From NCBI GenBank assembly GCA_000004985.1, contig GG738911.1: DNA of 64,000 bases; one strand, 5' to 3'. Origin of the DNA: Naegleria gruberi. Its lineage: Eukaryota. Positions within the stretch are counted from its first letter, which is position 1. Each line of letters begins with the position of its first letter. Position numbers and translations under genes: made by a program. Below the pieces are notes generated by a model, which had not been told where the DNA came from, ran no database searches, and saw only the letters and a list, made by a program, of their open reading frames with translations. Positions 11,514 to 21,068 of this stretch are shown one piece after another.

Positions 11514-13850
11514 TTAAACAATATCATCTTCTTCATTCAAATCATCTTTGAATTTCGAATACTTTTTGAAGAAACGTTTCTTTTGTGGAATGACATGATC
11601 TAGTTCAATATCTGTATCATCAACAGGAGTATTTTCAGGTTCTGGTGTCTTATTCAAATTATCACTCGATTTGTGAGTTACATGTGAAGCTGAAATCTTG
11701 ACATTTGAATTTTGATGCTTATTCATATTGTTGAGAATTGGATTCATCCATTCCATATCTTTAGGCAAGAAGAAGGAATTTTCTTGAATAAACACTTGTG
11801 AAATAATTTCAATAAAATCCTTCTTTGTAATCTTGACAAATGTCACATCCTTCACAATACGAACATCATAATCTGGAATAAAGGTTTCTCTTGTAAGTGC
11901 TCTTTCTCCAATAAAACTCCAAGGTCCCATTTCAGAAGTGAATTTTTCCTCACAAAACACAGCTTCAAGTTTACCACTGAATACAAGAGCAAAATAATCA
12001 CATTCCTTATTCTTTTCAATGAGGAGTAATTCCTCATCAGAGGAGCTCTTCTTAACATCCACAACTGCACATTTACCAAGGAGTCTGTGCAAATATTCTT
12101 CTGGTAATAGTCTGAAAGTGGCCATACTCTTCCACAAGTAGGAGCCAACAGCAACCACTTGTTTTGGAGTGAGTCTGTTGGTTCTTTCCAATTTTAGTAA
12201 CAAACTGGTAGAATTTTGTGGTCTGTTAATCTTGGATTGATTGGTATTATCTACATAGATATCAGTTTCATCGACAATTTCGTCCTTAATAATTTCCTCA
12301 ATGATATCTTCAAGAGATACAATACCAACAATAGCATAGTATGGATCACCACCAGTTTCAGATTCTCTTGGTTCTTGAACAATGGCAATGTGAGTTCTAC
12401 CAGATTTGAAGGTCTTTAACATTTCATCACAGTAAGTGTCTGGGAAAACTTTGAGAACTTCTCTTCCGTAGAATGTCAAAATTGTAGAAATTGGCACACA
12501 TTCATCAGGGTTGACCAGAATCAAATCTTTCACATAGAGTAAACCAACAACATTATTCTTATCACCCTTGAAAACAGGAATACGAGAGTGACCAGCTTGC
12601 CAAATACTTGTCATTGTGTCCACATCAAGTTGGCTATCAAAATCCAACATGAAAACATTTTCAAATTTGGTCAAAATTTGACTAACAGGAATTCTAGCAA
12701 ATTCCAAAGCACCACCCAAAATTTTAGCTTCATGTTCAGTCAAGTGGAAATTAGGATCATGAGCCTTTGAGTGAATATTAACCAATTCCTTCAATTCAGT
12801 TCTCTTATAGAGAGTGCCATGATCAGATCCAAGCATCCAATCCAAAAGTTTACTAATTGGATAAGCAATAACAAAAGCAAGTCCAATCAAGAACCAAACC
12901 AACCAATATAAAGTACCACCAATAGCCATACCATATCTAGAAATGACAGATTGTGGAATAACCTCACCAAATAACAAGACGAAAGTAATACCCAACAAGA
13001 TGGCAGCCCACTCAGGAACGAGCTTGTCCAAGAAGAGAGGAAGACATTCCACACACAAAGCATTCCACAACAACAAGGTAACTAACAACAAGTGATGTCT
13101 TTTCAGGATTGGAGCCAAACGAGCAGCATACTTTCTCTCCTTTTCAGTTCCAGTCGATTTGAGAATATCCAATTGCATTGTATCAATGGAAAGTAAACCA
13201 AGTGTGAAACCAGACATTAAACCAGCACCCAAAATAAAGAACATACTCGCTCCAACATTAATGACAATATCATACCAAGGCATATTCAAGATATTTGGTT
13301 CTTCTTCTTCTTCGTGGTGGGGAATTGGGGCAGATCCATTATTAGTGTGATTATAGTAATTGGCACAAACTGAAGGCCAATCAATGGTCATGTTATTACT
13401 ATTAACAGCACTACTACTGCTGCTGCTAGCAAAAACATGACTAATTCTTCTTCTTGTTGGAACATAACCCTCAACAACAAACATTGAATGTTGTTCGTAA
13501 GAAAAAGTTGCCAAAACAACCAAAATTAAAAGAGCCAACAATAATACGAGTGAAAAACTCCTCTTTTTAATTGGTGGTGGTGATGGTGGTGGCGGACAAT
13601 TAGGATTTTCCTTTCTGTTATGATCATCACTTTTACCATGATTGAGTAGTGGAAATGATAATGATAATAACATTCTGGATAGTGTTATTACAGAAGGATG
13701 GTTGATTCCCTCCTTTTCACTATTCCCAAATTCATCCCTAATGAGCAGGGAAGCATTGTGAGTTGGTTTTTTGAAGGTTTGTATCATGCAACAGGCGAGT
13801 AAACTTGTGTTCTTTGTGTTGATTGGTAGGCAACAAAAGTAAGCAGACAA
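11514..13850 (-). CDS. CNNM/ACDP-family metal (Mg2+) transporter: DUF21 TM domain + CBS pair + cNMP-binding-like domain
   Basis: Strong DUF21 signature GEVIPQSVISRYGMAIGGTLYWLVWFL...AYPISKLLDWMLG, then a CBS-pair region (HEAKILGGALEFARIPVSQILTKFENVFMLD...VVGLLYVKDLILVNP) and a C-terminal cNMP-like fold. The true N-terminus is uncertain (it may include an intron). Confidence 0.75.
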   Translation of the reverse strand: MSAYFCCLPINTKNTSLLACCMIQTFKKPTHNASLLIRDEFGNSEKEGINHPSVITLSRMLLSLSFPLLNHGKSDDHNRKENPNCPPPPSPPPIKKRSFSLVLLLALLILVVLATFSYEQHSMFVVEGYVPTRRRISHVFASSSSSSAVNSNNMTIDWPSVCANYYNHTNNGSAPIPHHEEEEEPNILNMPWYDIVINVGASMFFILGAGLMSGFTLGLLSIDTMQLDILKSTGTEKERKYAARLAPILKRHHLLLVTLLLWNALCVECLPLFLDKLVPEWAAILLGITFVLLFGEVIPQSVISRYGMAIGGTLYWLVWFLIGLAFVIAYPISKLLDWMLGSDHGTLYKRTELKELVNIHSKAHDPNFHLTEHEAKILGGALEFARIPVSQILTKFENVFMLDFDSQLDVDTMTSIWQAGHSRIPVFKGDKNNVVGLLYVKDLILVNPDECVPISTILTFYGREVLKVFPDTYCDEMLKTFKSGRTHIAIVQEPRESETGGDPYYAIVGIVSLEDIIEEIIKDEIVDETDIYVDNTNQSKINRPQNSTSLLLKLERTNRLTPKQVVAVGSYLWKSMATFRLLPEEYLHRLLGKCAVVDVKKSSSDEELLLIEKNKECDYFALVFSGKLEAVFCEEKFTSEMGPWSFIGERALTRETFIPDYDVRIVKDVTFVKITKKDFIEIISQVFIQENSFFLPKDMEWMNPILNNMNKHQNSNVKISASHVTHKSSDNLNKTPEPENTPVDDTDIELDHVIPQKKRFFKKYSKFKDDLNEEDDIV

Positions 13851-14043
13851 GATGTTTTTTTTTTGTTTGTTGAATCTTTTCTAATATCCAAAGGATTCGT
13901 TTTTTGATATTCGAAATGTGAAGATGCAGTAAAATTAATATCTATTTCGTTCCTTGATTGTGAATGACCGATTTCGGTAACCTCGCAAGATTTTTACAAA
14001 ATTTTCAAGATTTTTCTCTCTTCTTCTTGAAAAATTATTGAAC

Positions 14044-15885
14044 TCATTGAATTTCACATTTGGATGTTTTTTTGGTGGTAATAATTTCCTTGTCATTGGA
14101 ATTTACATTTTCATTCTTGAAGGTTTGTTTCATTTCAGAGTGTCTTCCACTTGATAGAATGGAGAAGGGAGGAGTCCTTTCGAATAGAATATAACTTGGA
14201 TAGCAATAGGTCATGTAAGGCTGATCTGGTTGATGGCTTGCTAGAATATAAAACGAAACATAAATCTTCTCATTGGAAAGGAGAATAAATTTCACATTAT
14301 TCAATCCACCTTCAAATTGGTTCTTATTTTGACAAATTTGTTCAGTAATAGATTGATGAATGGTTTCAGATCCAGTTTCGGATAAAACTGGAATAAGGTT
14401 TCCAGTTGCATTATATATCCTACTGATGTGAATGACACAGTTATGGAGTAGATACTCTTCTATCAAATTAGTTGATGAGCTACTCGATGAAATTTCTGCA
14501 TATGAAAACCCTAAATATTTCAGATTAGTCAACTTTTTCAAAGAAATATTTTGGTAGGATGATAAAATAGATAAATATTCCAAACTAATCATTTGCTCAA
14601 TCGGTGATAGATCATCATTTTCACCAGGATAAATAGTTAACTTTCTCAATTGAAGTCCACTAAGAAGTGAAATATCAAGAAAATGGATTGAGCGTGCTGT
14701 TGTAATGTTCAATTCTTCCAATTCTTTACACTGAAATTCAACATTTGATTGTAATTTGAAATCACACTTATCCAAAATCAAACTTTTCAATTTCCTAATT
14801 CTTGTAAAAAAATCAATTCCACTATTGAAAAAGCAACAAAAACATTTTACAAATTCCAAAGAGGGAAATGAGTTTGAGGCACCTTCTAAATTTCTCACTC
14901 GAAGCAATTCCAATCGTTTAAGGTGATCAAACTTGTTTCCCATTAAGAAATCCTTGTTCAAAAATTGGCAACTAATTGGTGGTACTGTGGAATAGGTTCC
15001 AATTTTCAATTCCCTTAACGATGGATTCAACAATAGAGGATTAGGAAGTTGATTAATTTCCAATCTTGATAAGTTACTGATATAATCTAATTGTAATTGA
15101 TTGACAATGGCTGTGCCCTCAAATCTGAGAAATAATTCTTGGCAATTTGAAGATACATTCCTAAAGAAATCAACTAGAAAATTTGGATCCTTTTCAATTT
15201 CTTCCAATATTGTTGTTTCGATTGGAATTTCCAATATTAATTTTTGTAATTTCTTCATTTGAAGAATTAACTTTTCAATTCGTTTCACATGAGCGGATTT
15301 GATCTGGCTCTGACTTGATGAAGAGAAATGAGGAACATGGATAGAGAATTCGAATATCTTCAATTGTGTGAATTTGGTTTGTTCCAATTCAGTCAAAATC
15401 AAATCCAAACTATTATGGAAAGTTGTGAAACCTATTGAAAGTGAGTGCAAATTATTGAAATTGGAAAGGAATGAGGATTGTACTGGTATGGGACTATTTA
15501 ATCCAAAGTAAACGGTCAATTTCAAATTCCACACTAAATTACATTTGCACCTTTCGAATATTTTTGTAATAAATTCGAAAGGTTGAATTTCAAACATGTA
15601 CAAATTAACTGAAATCGTCTCAATTTTTCCAATATTTTCCTCCATAAATTTACTTGAAGATTCAACTGTATTTTCATCACTTTTCATATCTCGTAGTAAT
15701 AAATTCGCCTCTCGTATCCAAAAAAAATTCGAATAATTCTTGTGAAAATTAACTTGTTCGAAAGTAATGTAATTCTTCACAAATGATAGAAATTTACAAG
15801 TTAATCGTAGATTAGACCTTGTATCCCGATCACTGTATCCAAGTATGAGAATGAACATTTCTTTGGGAAGTGATAGTAGAGACAT
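14044..15885 (-). CDS. F-box/LRR-repeat protein
   Basis: 613-aa ORF with an N-terminal F-box-like stretch (LPKEMFILILGYSDRDTRSNLRLTCKFLSFVKNY), then repeated L-rich segments with LxxLxL periodicity (LEELNITTARSIHFLDISLLSGLQLRKLTIY...). Confidence 0.55.
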   Translation of the reverse strand: MSLLSLPKEMFILILGYSDRDTRSNLRLTCKFLSFVKNYITFEQVNFHKNYSNFFWIREANLLLRDMKSDENTVESSSKFMEENIGKIETISVNLYMFEIQPFEFITKIFERCKCNLVWNLKLTVYFGLNSPIPVQSSFLSNFNNLHSLSIGFTTFHNSLDLILTELEQTKFTQLKIFEFSIHVPHFSSSSQSQIKSAHVKRIEKLILQMKKLQKLILEIPIETTILEEIEKDPNFLVDFFRNVSSNCQELFLRFEGTAIVNQLQLDYISNLSRLEINQLPNPLLLNPSLRELKIGTYSTVPPISCQFLNKDFLMGNKFDHLKRLELLRVRNLEGASNSFPSLEFVKCFCCFFNSGIDFFTRIRKLKSLILDKCDFKLQSNVEFQCKELEELNITTARSIHFLDISLLSGLQLRKLTIYPGENDDLSPIEQMISLEYLSILSSYQNISLKKLTNLKYLGFSYAEISSSSSSTNLIEEYLLHNCVIHISRIYNATGNLIPVLSETGSETIHQSITEQICQNKNQFEGGLNNVKFILLSNEKIYVSFYILASHQPDQPYMTYCYPSYILFERTPPFSILSSGRHSEMKQTFKNENVNSNDKEIITTKKTSKCEIQ

Positions 15886-15930
15886 TTTTTTCTATTAGAA
15901 ACTTTACAATTAAACTAATCTCTAAAAAAA

Positions 15931-17787
15931 ATGCAAATGGATAAAACTGAGTCTATTCACTTGGATCTAACAATCGGATCCAATTTACTCATACAAAAAT
16001 ATCATCGAGAGAAGAAACTAATTCGTTTCATCACACAACATTCCACAATTTATTCGAAACTTGTGCCTGATGATCTTCCTTTAATCATACAAATCCTCCG
16101 AACCAGTGAAGCCTTTCCCGATTTATTTGTTGGTAGATTTAAAGGGAGTGGTATGTTTCGTATATCAACTCCCAACTTTCCAATACCAGATCAATGGATG
16201 AAACACAGACAAGTAGCTCTCTTTCTAGCTAAAAAAGGATTGTTATTTCAACAGGAAACTTTGAATTACGAACCCTATCTAACAGATAAAGAAATCATGA
16301 TGGAGGCATGCTCAAACAACTCTCATTATCTTTCGAATTTTCCACTTGGAACAGATGGAGAATTTATGCGAAAGTTATGTAAACTGAATGGAACCATGTT
16401 GGGCTATGCCAGTAAAGAATTGAAGAAGGATAAGGAATTGGTATTGGAGGCAGTTCGTTCAACACCTGAAGCTTTCCATTTTTGTGATGAGTCGTTCAAT
16501 AAGGATAATACAGTTGTATACGAAGCTGCCAAACATGCATCATTTAATATAACCAAAATTGATGGAGAAATGTTCAATAGGAGGAAGTTTGTTTTGGCAC
16601 TGATGGAATATCGTCCTGAAATATTTATTCACCTTCCATATGAACTCAAAACAGATCCTAAAGTGTTAAATTTGGCGCCTTGCAAGAATTTGAAAGTTTT
16701 GAGCTTGGTGCCACCTTCCTATCAGAAAGATAGAGATTTTGTGTTGAAATGTGTGAGAAATAATGGTTTGGATTTAGAGTTTGCCCATCCATCACTGAGA
16801 AAGGACAGGGAAGTTGTTATGGAAGCTGTCAAACAAAATGGACTGGCTCTAGAATTTTCATCTGAAATGTTAAGAAATCAAGATAGAGAAATAGTTTATG
16901 AGGCTGTTAAAAGTAATGGAAATGCAATAGAATTCACTAGTGATCAATTCAAAAGGGATTTAGAACTAGCTCGGATGGCAGTTATGAAAAACCATGAATC
17001 TTTTATGCTTGTGGACAGTTCAATCAAGCAAGATAAGAAACTGATTCAAAGCTTTTTGGAAGAAACTGGTTACTACTATTATATTGCATCAAATGAATTG
17101 AAAACTTCACTTCATGATACCATTAGAGGGGATAGAGATTTACTGGGATTGGCAATTTTAAAAGACGAAACATTACTTGAAGAGCCATTGCCAGATTTTG
17201 TGGACGAAGAATTCATGTTAAATGCAGTGAGAAATGGCTTTAGTTTGGACTGTGTTCCTCAGAAATTCAAACAAAACGAAGAGATTATTCTCGAATCGAT
17301 CAGACATGCGAGCATTAATTTCAAATATGTCGATTCTTCTCTAGCTTCCAATAGAGATTTTGTTCTAAAGTGTGTGAAAGCAAGTGGTTTTGTACTTTTT
17401 TACACTGATGAAAAATTCAGAATGGATAGGGAAATAATATTGGAAACATTGAAAGCAACAACTTCAGGATCAATTTCATTGGACTGGAGTGAATCTCATC
17501 CTTTTAATTCAGATAGAGAAATTTTATTGGAATGTGTGAGAGGAAGTGGTGATCTTCCCTCTCAAGCAGATTCGAATATTATGAATGACCCTGAATTTAT
17601 TGTGGAATGTGTAAAAATTGGAAAGGATAGAAACAAAGATATTACCGACTATTTGGAGAAAGTAAGAAATACCATATTGAGTAATGAGAGTTTATTCTTG
17701 AAACTGGTCAAAATTAATCCCAAAATTGTCGAATCCTTAAATTTAGATTTAGATTTCCTCACCTTGGCTTTCAACTCTTTAACATGA
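15931..17787 (+). CDS. DUF4116-type tandem-repeat protein (~38-aa DRE(I/V)V..AVK.NG.AL.FAS..LR.D repeats)
   Basis: 618-aa ORF starting in AAAAAATG context. At least 10 repeats of the type LRKDREVVMEAVKQNGLALEFSSEMLRNQDREIVYEAVKSNGNAIEFTSDQFKRD. Confidence 0.7.
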   Translation: MQMDKTESIHLDLTIGSNLLIQKYHREKKLIRFITQHSTIYSKLVPDDLPLIIQILRTSEAFPDLFVGRFKGSGMFRISTPNFPIPDQWMKHRQVALFLAKKGLLFQQETLNYEPYLTDKEIMMEACSNNSHYLSNFPLGTDGEFMRKLCKLNGTMLGYASKELKKDKELVLEAVRSTPEAFHFCDESFNKDNTVVYEAAKHASFNITKIDGEMFNRRKFVLALMEYRPEIFIHLPYELKTDPKVLNLAPCKNLKVLSLVPPSYQKDRDFVLKCVRNNGLDLEFAHPSLRKDREVVMEAVKQNGLALEFSSEMLRNQDREIVYEAVKSNGNAIEFTSDQFKRDLELARMAVMKNHESFMLVDSSIKQDKKLIQSFLEETGYYYYIASNELKTSLHDTIRGDRDLLGLAILKDETLLEEPLPDFVDEEFMLNAVRNGFSLDCVPQKFKQNEEIILESIRHASINFKYVDSSLASNRDFVLKCVKASGFVLFYTDEKFRMDREIILETLKATTSGSISLDWSESHPFNSDREILLECVRGSGDLPSQADSNIMNDPEFIVECVKIGKDRNKDITDYLEKVRNTILSNESLFLKLVKINPKIVESLNLDLDFLTLAFNSLT

Positions 17788-17880
17788 TGCATATCAAACA
17801 CTTTTATTTTCACAAACTCTTGCTGCATGTGTTAAAGTTTTGTAAACCAAAAAGTTTTAATTTTTAAAATTAAAAAAAAA

Positions 17881-19740
17881 ATGTTGCCAACCTACGCTTC
17901 GGAACGGCCAAACCAAGACCTCCACACACGAAGGAATGCACCATTAACAAATTCAATCAATAATTCATCATCACGAACGACCGATATGGAAAATCCATCA
18001 TCTTTGAATTTTCCAACAATTTCTCATCAATTCACATTTAAACAAAAAGTTTTACGAATTGTAAAATTGTTTGTGTTGATTATTGTGGCAATTGTTGTGT
18101 TGCATGTGATGATGCACTATTTGGAGTTTAAATTCTTTAATAATTCGACACATAGAAAGGAACAAATACGAATCTATGAGCAAATTACGAATCTATTGAC
18201 TAATCCGGACCAAACCAAGGAAGGTTCATATGGATGGTATAGAAAACAACTGGATAAGAAGAATCAACTAGGAAATACACTATTTAAAGATCCAATAATG
18301 ACTAAATTGGGGTTTCAAGAGACACACACAACGAGTGCTGAATTATTTCCATATTTCAGAACTATTAACACAACTGAAGAGTGTAGGAATCAACATTCTT
18401 GTAGATTTTATGCAGACAAGACAGCAGGAGAGTTCTTGAAAGAGGGAGTGGAATTGGATGCAGTTTTGCAACATTGTCAATATAAGGATCCATACTTTTT
18501 AAATTCTGAAAGTGATGAAGCAAAAATTGTGAATGAATTTCAGTTTAATGTTGTGAATTCGAATATGAATTTGAGGAGGGAGAAATTGGTTGGAGATGAA
18601 GAGGCACTTTTACATCACTCTCATCAGTTGGATAATTTATTTGGTGAAAAGATTTGGAGAGGAATGAGAAGATTGTCAATTATCATGTGTAGTGAGGCTC
18701 GTGTTCATGAACTCGTTGGTGGAATTACACAACATGCAGATAGCTATTGGTCAAAGCAAAGATTTGCACGTTCCACAGCCGACATTTCCATTTGCTTCCT
18801 TTCCACATGTTCTGTTTGGATCAATTACCATTATCAGGATATGAGTCTTTCCAAGTCAAAGGAATTTGGAACTAAACCATTCAAAAAAAATAAGGGAATT
18901 TGTGCTTTTATTTCAAATTGTGATCAAGCTGGTTGCACTGATTTGAAACAAAGATTTGAACTCTTGAATACACTCTCAAAATACATTCCAGTGAGACAAT
19001 ATGGTAGATGTGGAAAGAATGCACAAGAAGGACCAGGTGGTAAAACATTTGAAATTGAAAATAATTGTCGATTCTATTATGCAGCTGAAAATTCAATTGC
19101 CAAAGATTATGTTACTGAGAAATTCTTTGAAGGATTGAGAGCTCTCGAGCACGGATCGAAAGTATTAATGCTCTACAGAGGTGCTCCAAATTTGAGACAA
19201 GATTGGGGTATTCCAAAGAGTCTCTACTTGGATCATAATGATTTTGAATCTGTGGATGCATTGGGTCAATATTTGAAGAAATTGAATGATGATGATAATG
19301 CCTTTGAAGAACGGTTCAGTAAAATTACAATGCAAGAAAGAAAGAAGGTTGATAAGGCACTTGCAGCATTCAATCCACGTCTTGGATCAAACATTCCATG
19401 TAGAATTTGCAGTGTAATTGGAGAAATGAAATTGGCACGTTATTTACTCTTCAAAATTGGATTAAAGACAAGTAGAGCTAAGGTCAACCTGAACGAGTGG
19501 AATGAATTTAAATCTAAATTCAATCTTTCAGAGGAAAGAGTGAAAATATTGGACGATATTTATCATACTGCCTATGGAATCTTCCAATCTGCAAACAATA
19601 AGGAAAATAGATTTAATTTGGGATGGGATTTCGGGAGGAAGGATGAAGTACAGCACACAGAGGGAGAGGGGGTTGGTTCTGGTGACAGAAAATTCTCTGG
19701 TCTTGTGGTTAAGCGAAATAATAAACGAAAATTACTCTAA
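17881..19740 (+). CDS. alpha-1,3-fucosyltransferase (GT10) paralog 1, type II membrane protein
   Basis: 619-aa ORF with an N-terminal signal anchor (IVKLFVLIIVAIVVLHVMMHY). It carries the canonical GT10 motif CRFYYAAENSIAKDYVTEKFFEG (compare YxFxLxFENSxxxDYxTEK). Confidence 0.8.
   Translation: MLPTYASERPNQDLHTRRNAPLTNSINNSSSRTTDMENPSSLNFPTISHQFTFKQKVLRIVKLFVLIIVAIVVLHVMMHYLEFKFFNNSTHRKEQIRIYEQITNLLTNPDQTKEGSYGWYRKQLDKKNQLGNTLFKDPIMTKLGFQETHTTSAELFPYFRTINTTEECRNQHSCRFYADKTAGEFLKEGVELDAVLQHCQYKDPYFLNSESDEAKIVNEFQFNVVNSNMNLRREKLVGDEEALLHHSHQLDNLFGEKIWRGMRRLSIIMCSEARVHELVGGITQHADSYWSKQRFARSTADISICFLSTCSVWINYHYQDMSLSKSKEFGTKPFKKNKGICAFISNCDQAGCTDLKQRFELLNTLSKYIPVRQYGRCGKNAQEGPGGKTFEIENNCRFYYAAENSIAKDYVTEKFFEGLRALEHGSKVLMLYRGAPNLRQDWGIPKSLYLDHNDFESVDALGQYLKKLNDDDNAFEERFSKITMQERKKVDKALAAFNPRLGSNIPCRICSVIGEMKLARYLLFKIGLKTSRAKVNLNEWNEFKSKFNLSEERVKILDDIYHTAYGIFQSANNKENRFNLGWDFGRKDEVQHTEGEGVGSGDRKFSGLVVKRNNKRKLL
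18862..19134. repeat. ~272-bp near-identical tract shared with 39628..39900 (FucT paralog 2): candidate gene-conversion tract
   Basis: Only ~2 substitutions over ~270 nt between the paralogs, while flanking coding sequence is ~70-88% identical. The identical antisense ORFs 18908..19096 and 39674..39862 are a by-product of this. Confidence 0.7.
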
Positions 19741-19851
19741 CAAATAAATTGTCCCTATCATGTTCAATGTAACAATTTAAAAAGTTATTGACAACAATTT
19801 TTCACAGCAATAACTGGAAATTGTAATCAACAAAAAATCATAGAAAAAAAA

Positions 19852-20538
19852 ATGTCTCAAAGCAATAACACCACCAATTACGCCTCTCCAATCATTGCCA
19901 ATCTTCCACGAGGCTGGATTAATTTCGAAGGCTCCATTCCCAATAGAACTCCACTCCACTCCTATGGCATGTATGAAAATTATGATCATTCCGAGTTGCC
20001 AGCCTTTCCTCAAGATACCAACTATAATGAATCATTGGTAAAGTGTGGGGCCATCAGTACTACCACCCCGAATAATAATAATCTTACTCAATTGGTTGAT
20101 CCAAATATTCCGAATGTTTTGAAACAATTATTTAGTGATCAAAGTTTCTTTGGCAGTAAGAATGGAGTTTGTCATTATTGGTTGAGAGATATGATTGGGC
20201 CATTGGATGTCTATTTGCCAAATAATCAATTTGTTTTGTATCCTTTCTATCATGATCAACAATCGTGTATGACTTGGTTTGCATTGTGTGATTTGACAGT
20301 TACTGATCCAACTAAAATTGGAAGTACTGAAAAACCATGTGTTGTTTCTGGGTTGAGTGGTGAAGATATTGAGGCAGATGAAGATTTCTTTCCAAATGTT
20401 TTGAGATTGACAAGTTTTGTGTTAGTTGCTGATACCATTGAAGAGTTTGTGTGGAGAGAAGGAATTGAGGCTGAAATCAGCAATCCGAATGGAAATTTGA
20501 GTACTGAAGCTCAAAATTATCTTCAAGAATATCAATAA
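19852..20538 (+). CDS. Hypothetical protein (228 aa), no recognisable domain
   Basis: Clean ORF with an A-run before ATG (aaaaaaaaATG) and no low-complexity bias. Function unknown. Confidence 0.5.
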   Translation: MSQSNNTTNYASPIIANLPRGWINFEGSIPNRTPLHSYGMYENYDHSELPAFPQDTNYNESLVKCGAISTTTPNNNNLTQLVDPNIPNVLKQLFSDQSFFGSKNGVCHYWLRDMIGPLDVYLPNNQFVLYPFYHDQQSCMTWFALCDLTVTDPTKIGSTEKPCVVSGLSGEDIEADEDFFPNVLRLTSFVLVADTIEEFVWREGIEAEISNPNGNLSTEAQNYLQEYQ

Positions 20539-20568
20539 ATTGGCTATTTCAAATAATTAGGAAATGAT

Positions 20569-20943
20569 TTAACTTGTTTCCAGGCCTTTACTTGTTCTTG
20601 TTTTAATTTTGACAAGTTCAACATCTTCTCTCAAACTTTCTGATGCAAATTCTAAAAGTGTGCCTCTATGTTGTACAGCTATCAGTACAACCTCCTTATT
20701 GTTCTTAATGTTAATTGGTGCAAATTGTAGAGAGTCTGGATTTGCAGAGATGGCTCTCTTTGAGAATTTCACATTTCTTCTCAATAATTCTGATGCATTC
20801 TCATAGGATCCGACTTGTTTCCACAATTCTTCAATAATCATTTCATTTTCCATCAAGTCTTTCGATAGATATTTAATGACAGATTCGCCATAAGTTTTGA
20901 TTGCTAAACAGACTATTTCAATATATTTTAACCTCTTGATCAA
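20569..20943 (-). CDS. Small DUF4116-type repeat protein (1-2 repeats)
   Basis: 124-aa ORF containing KEVVLIAVQHRGTLLEFASESLREDVELV, the same repeat type as 15931..17787 and 37029..38261. Confidence 0.4.
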   Translation of the reverse strand: MIKRLKYIEIVCLAIKTYGESVIKYLSKDLMENEMIIEELWKQVGSYENASELLRRNVKFSKRAISANPDSLQFAPINIKNNKEVVLIAVQHRGTLLEFASESLREDVELVKIKTRTSKGLETS

Positions 20944-21068
20944 CTGGTTTGTATAAAATCTTTCATAATTACCATTTTTTTATGATTTCTGAAAAATGAA
21001 TTTGACACGTTTGTGTTTCGTCCACTTTATTAATAGATTAGTTCTAAGAAATAATTTCAATGTAATCG

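Noticed and set aside
11852-12154. 100-aa nested minus-strand ORF within the CNNM gene
   Set aside because: Out-of-frame overlap inside a well-supported conserved CDS.
18908-19096. 62-aa minus-strand ORF, identical copy at 39674..39862
   Set aside because: Not a gene: both are antisense to FucT coding sequence. Their identity simply reflects the gene-conversion tract and is used as evidence for it.
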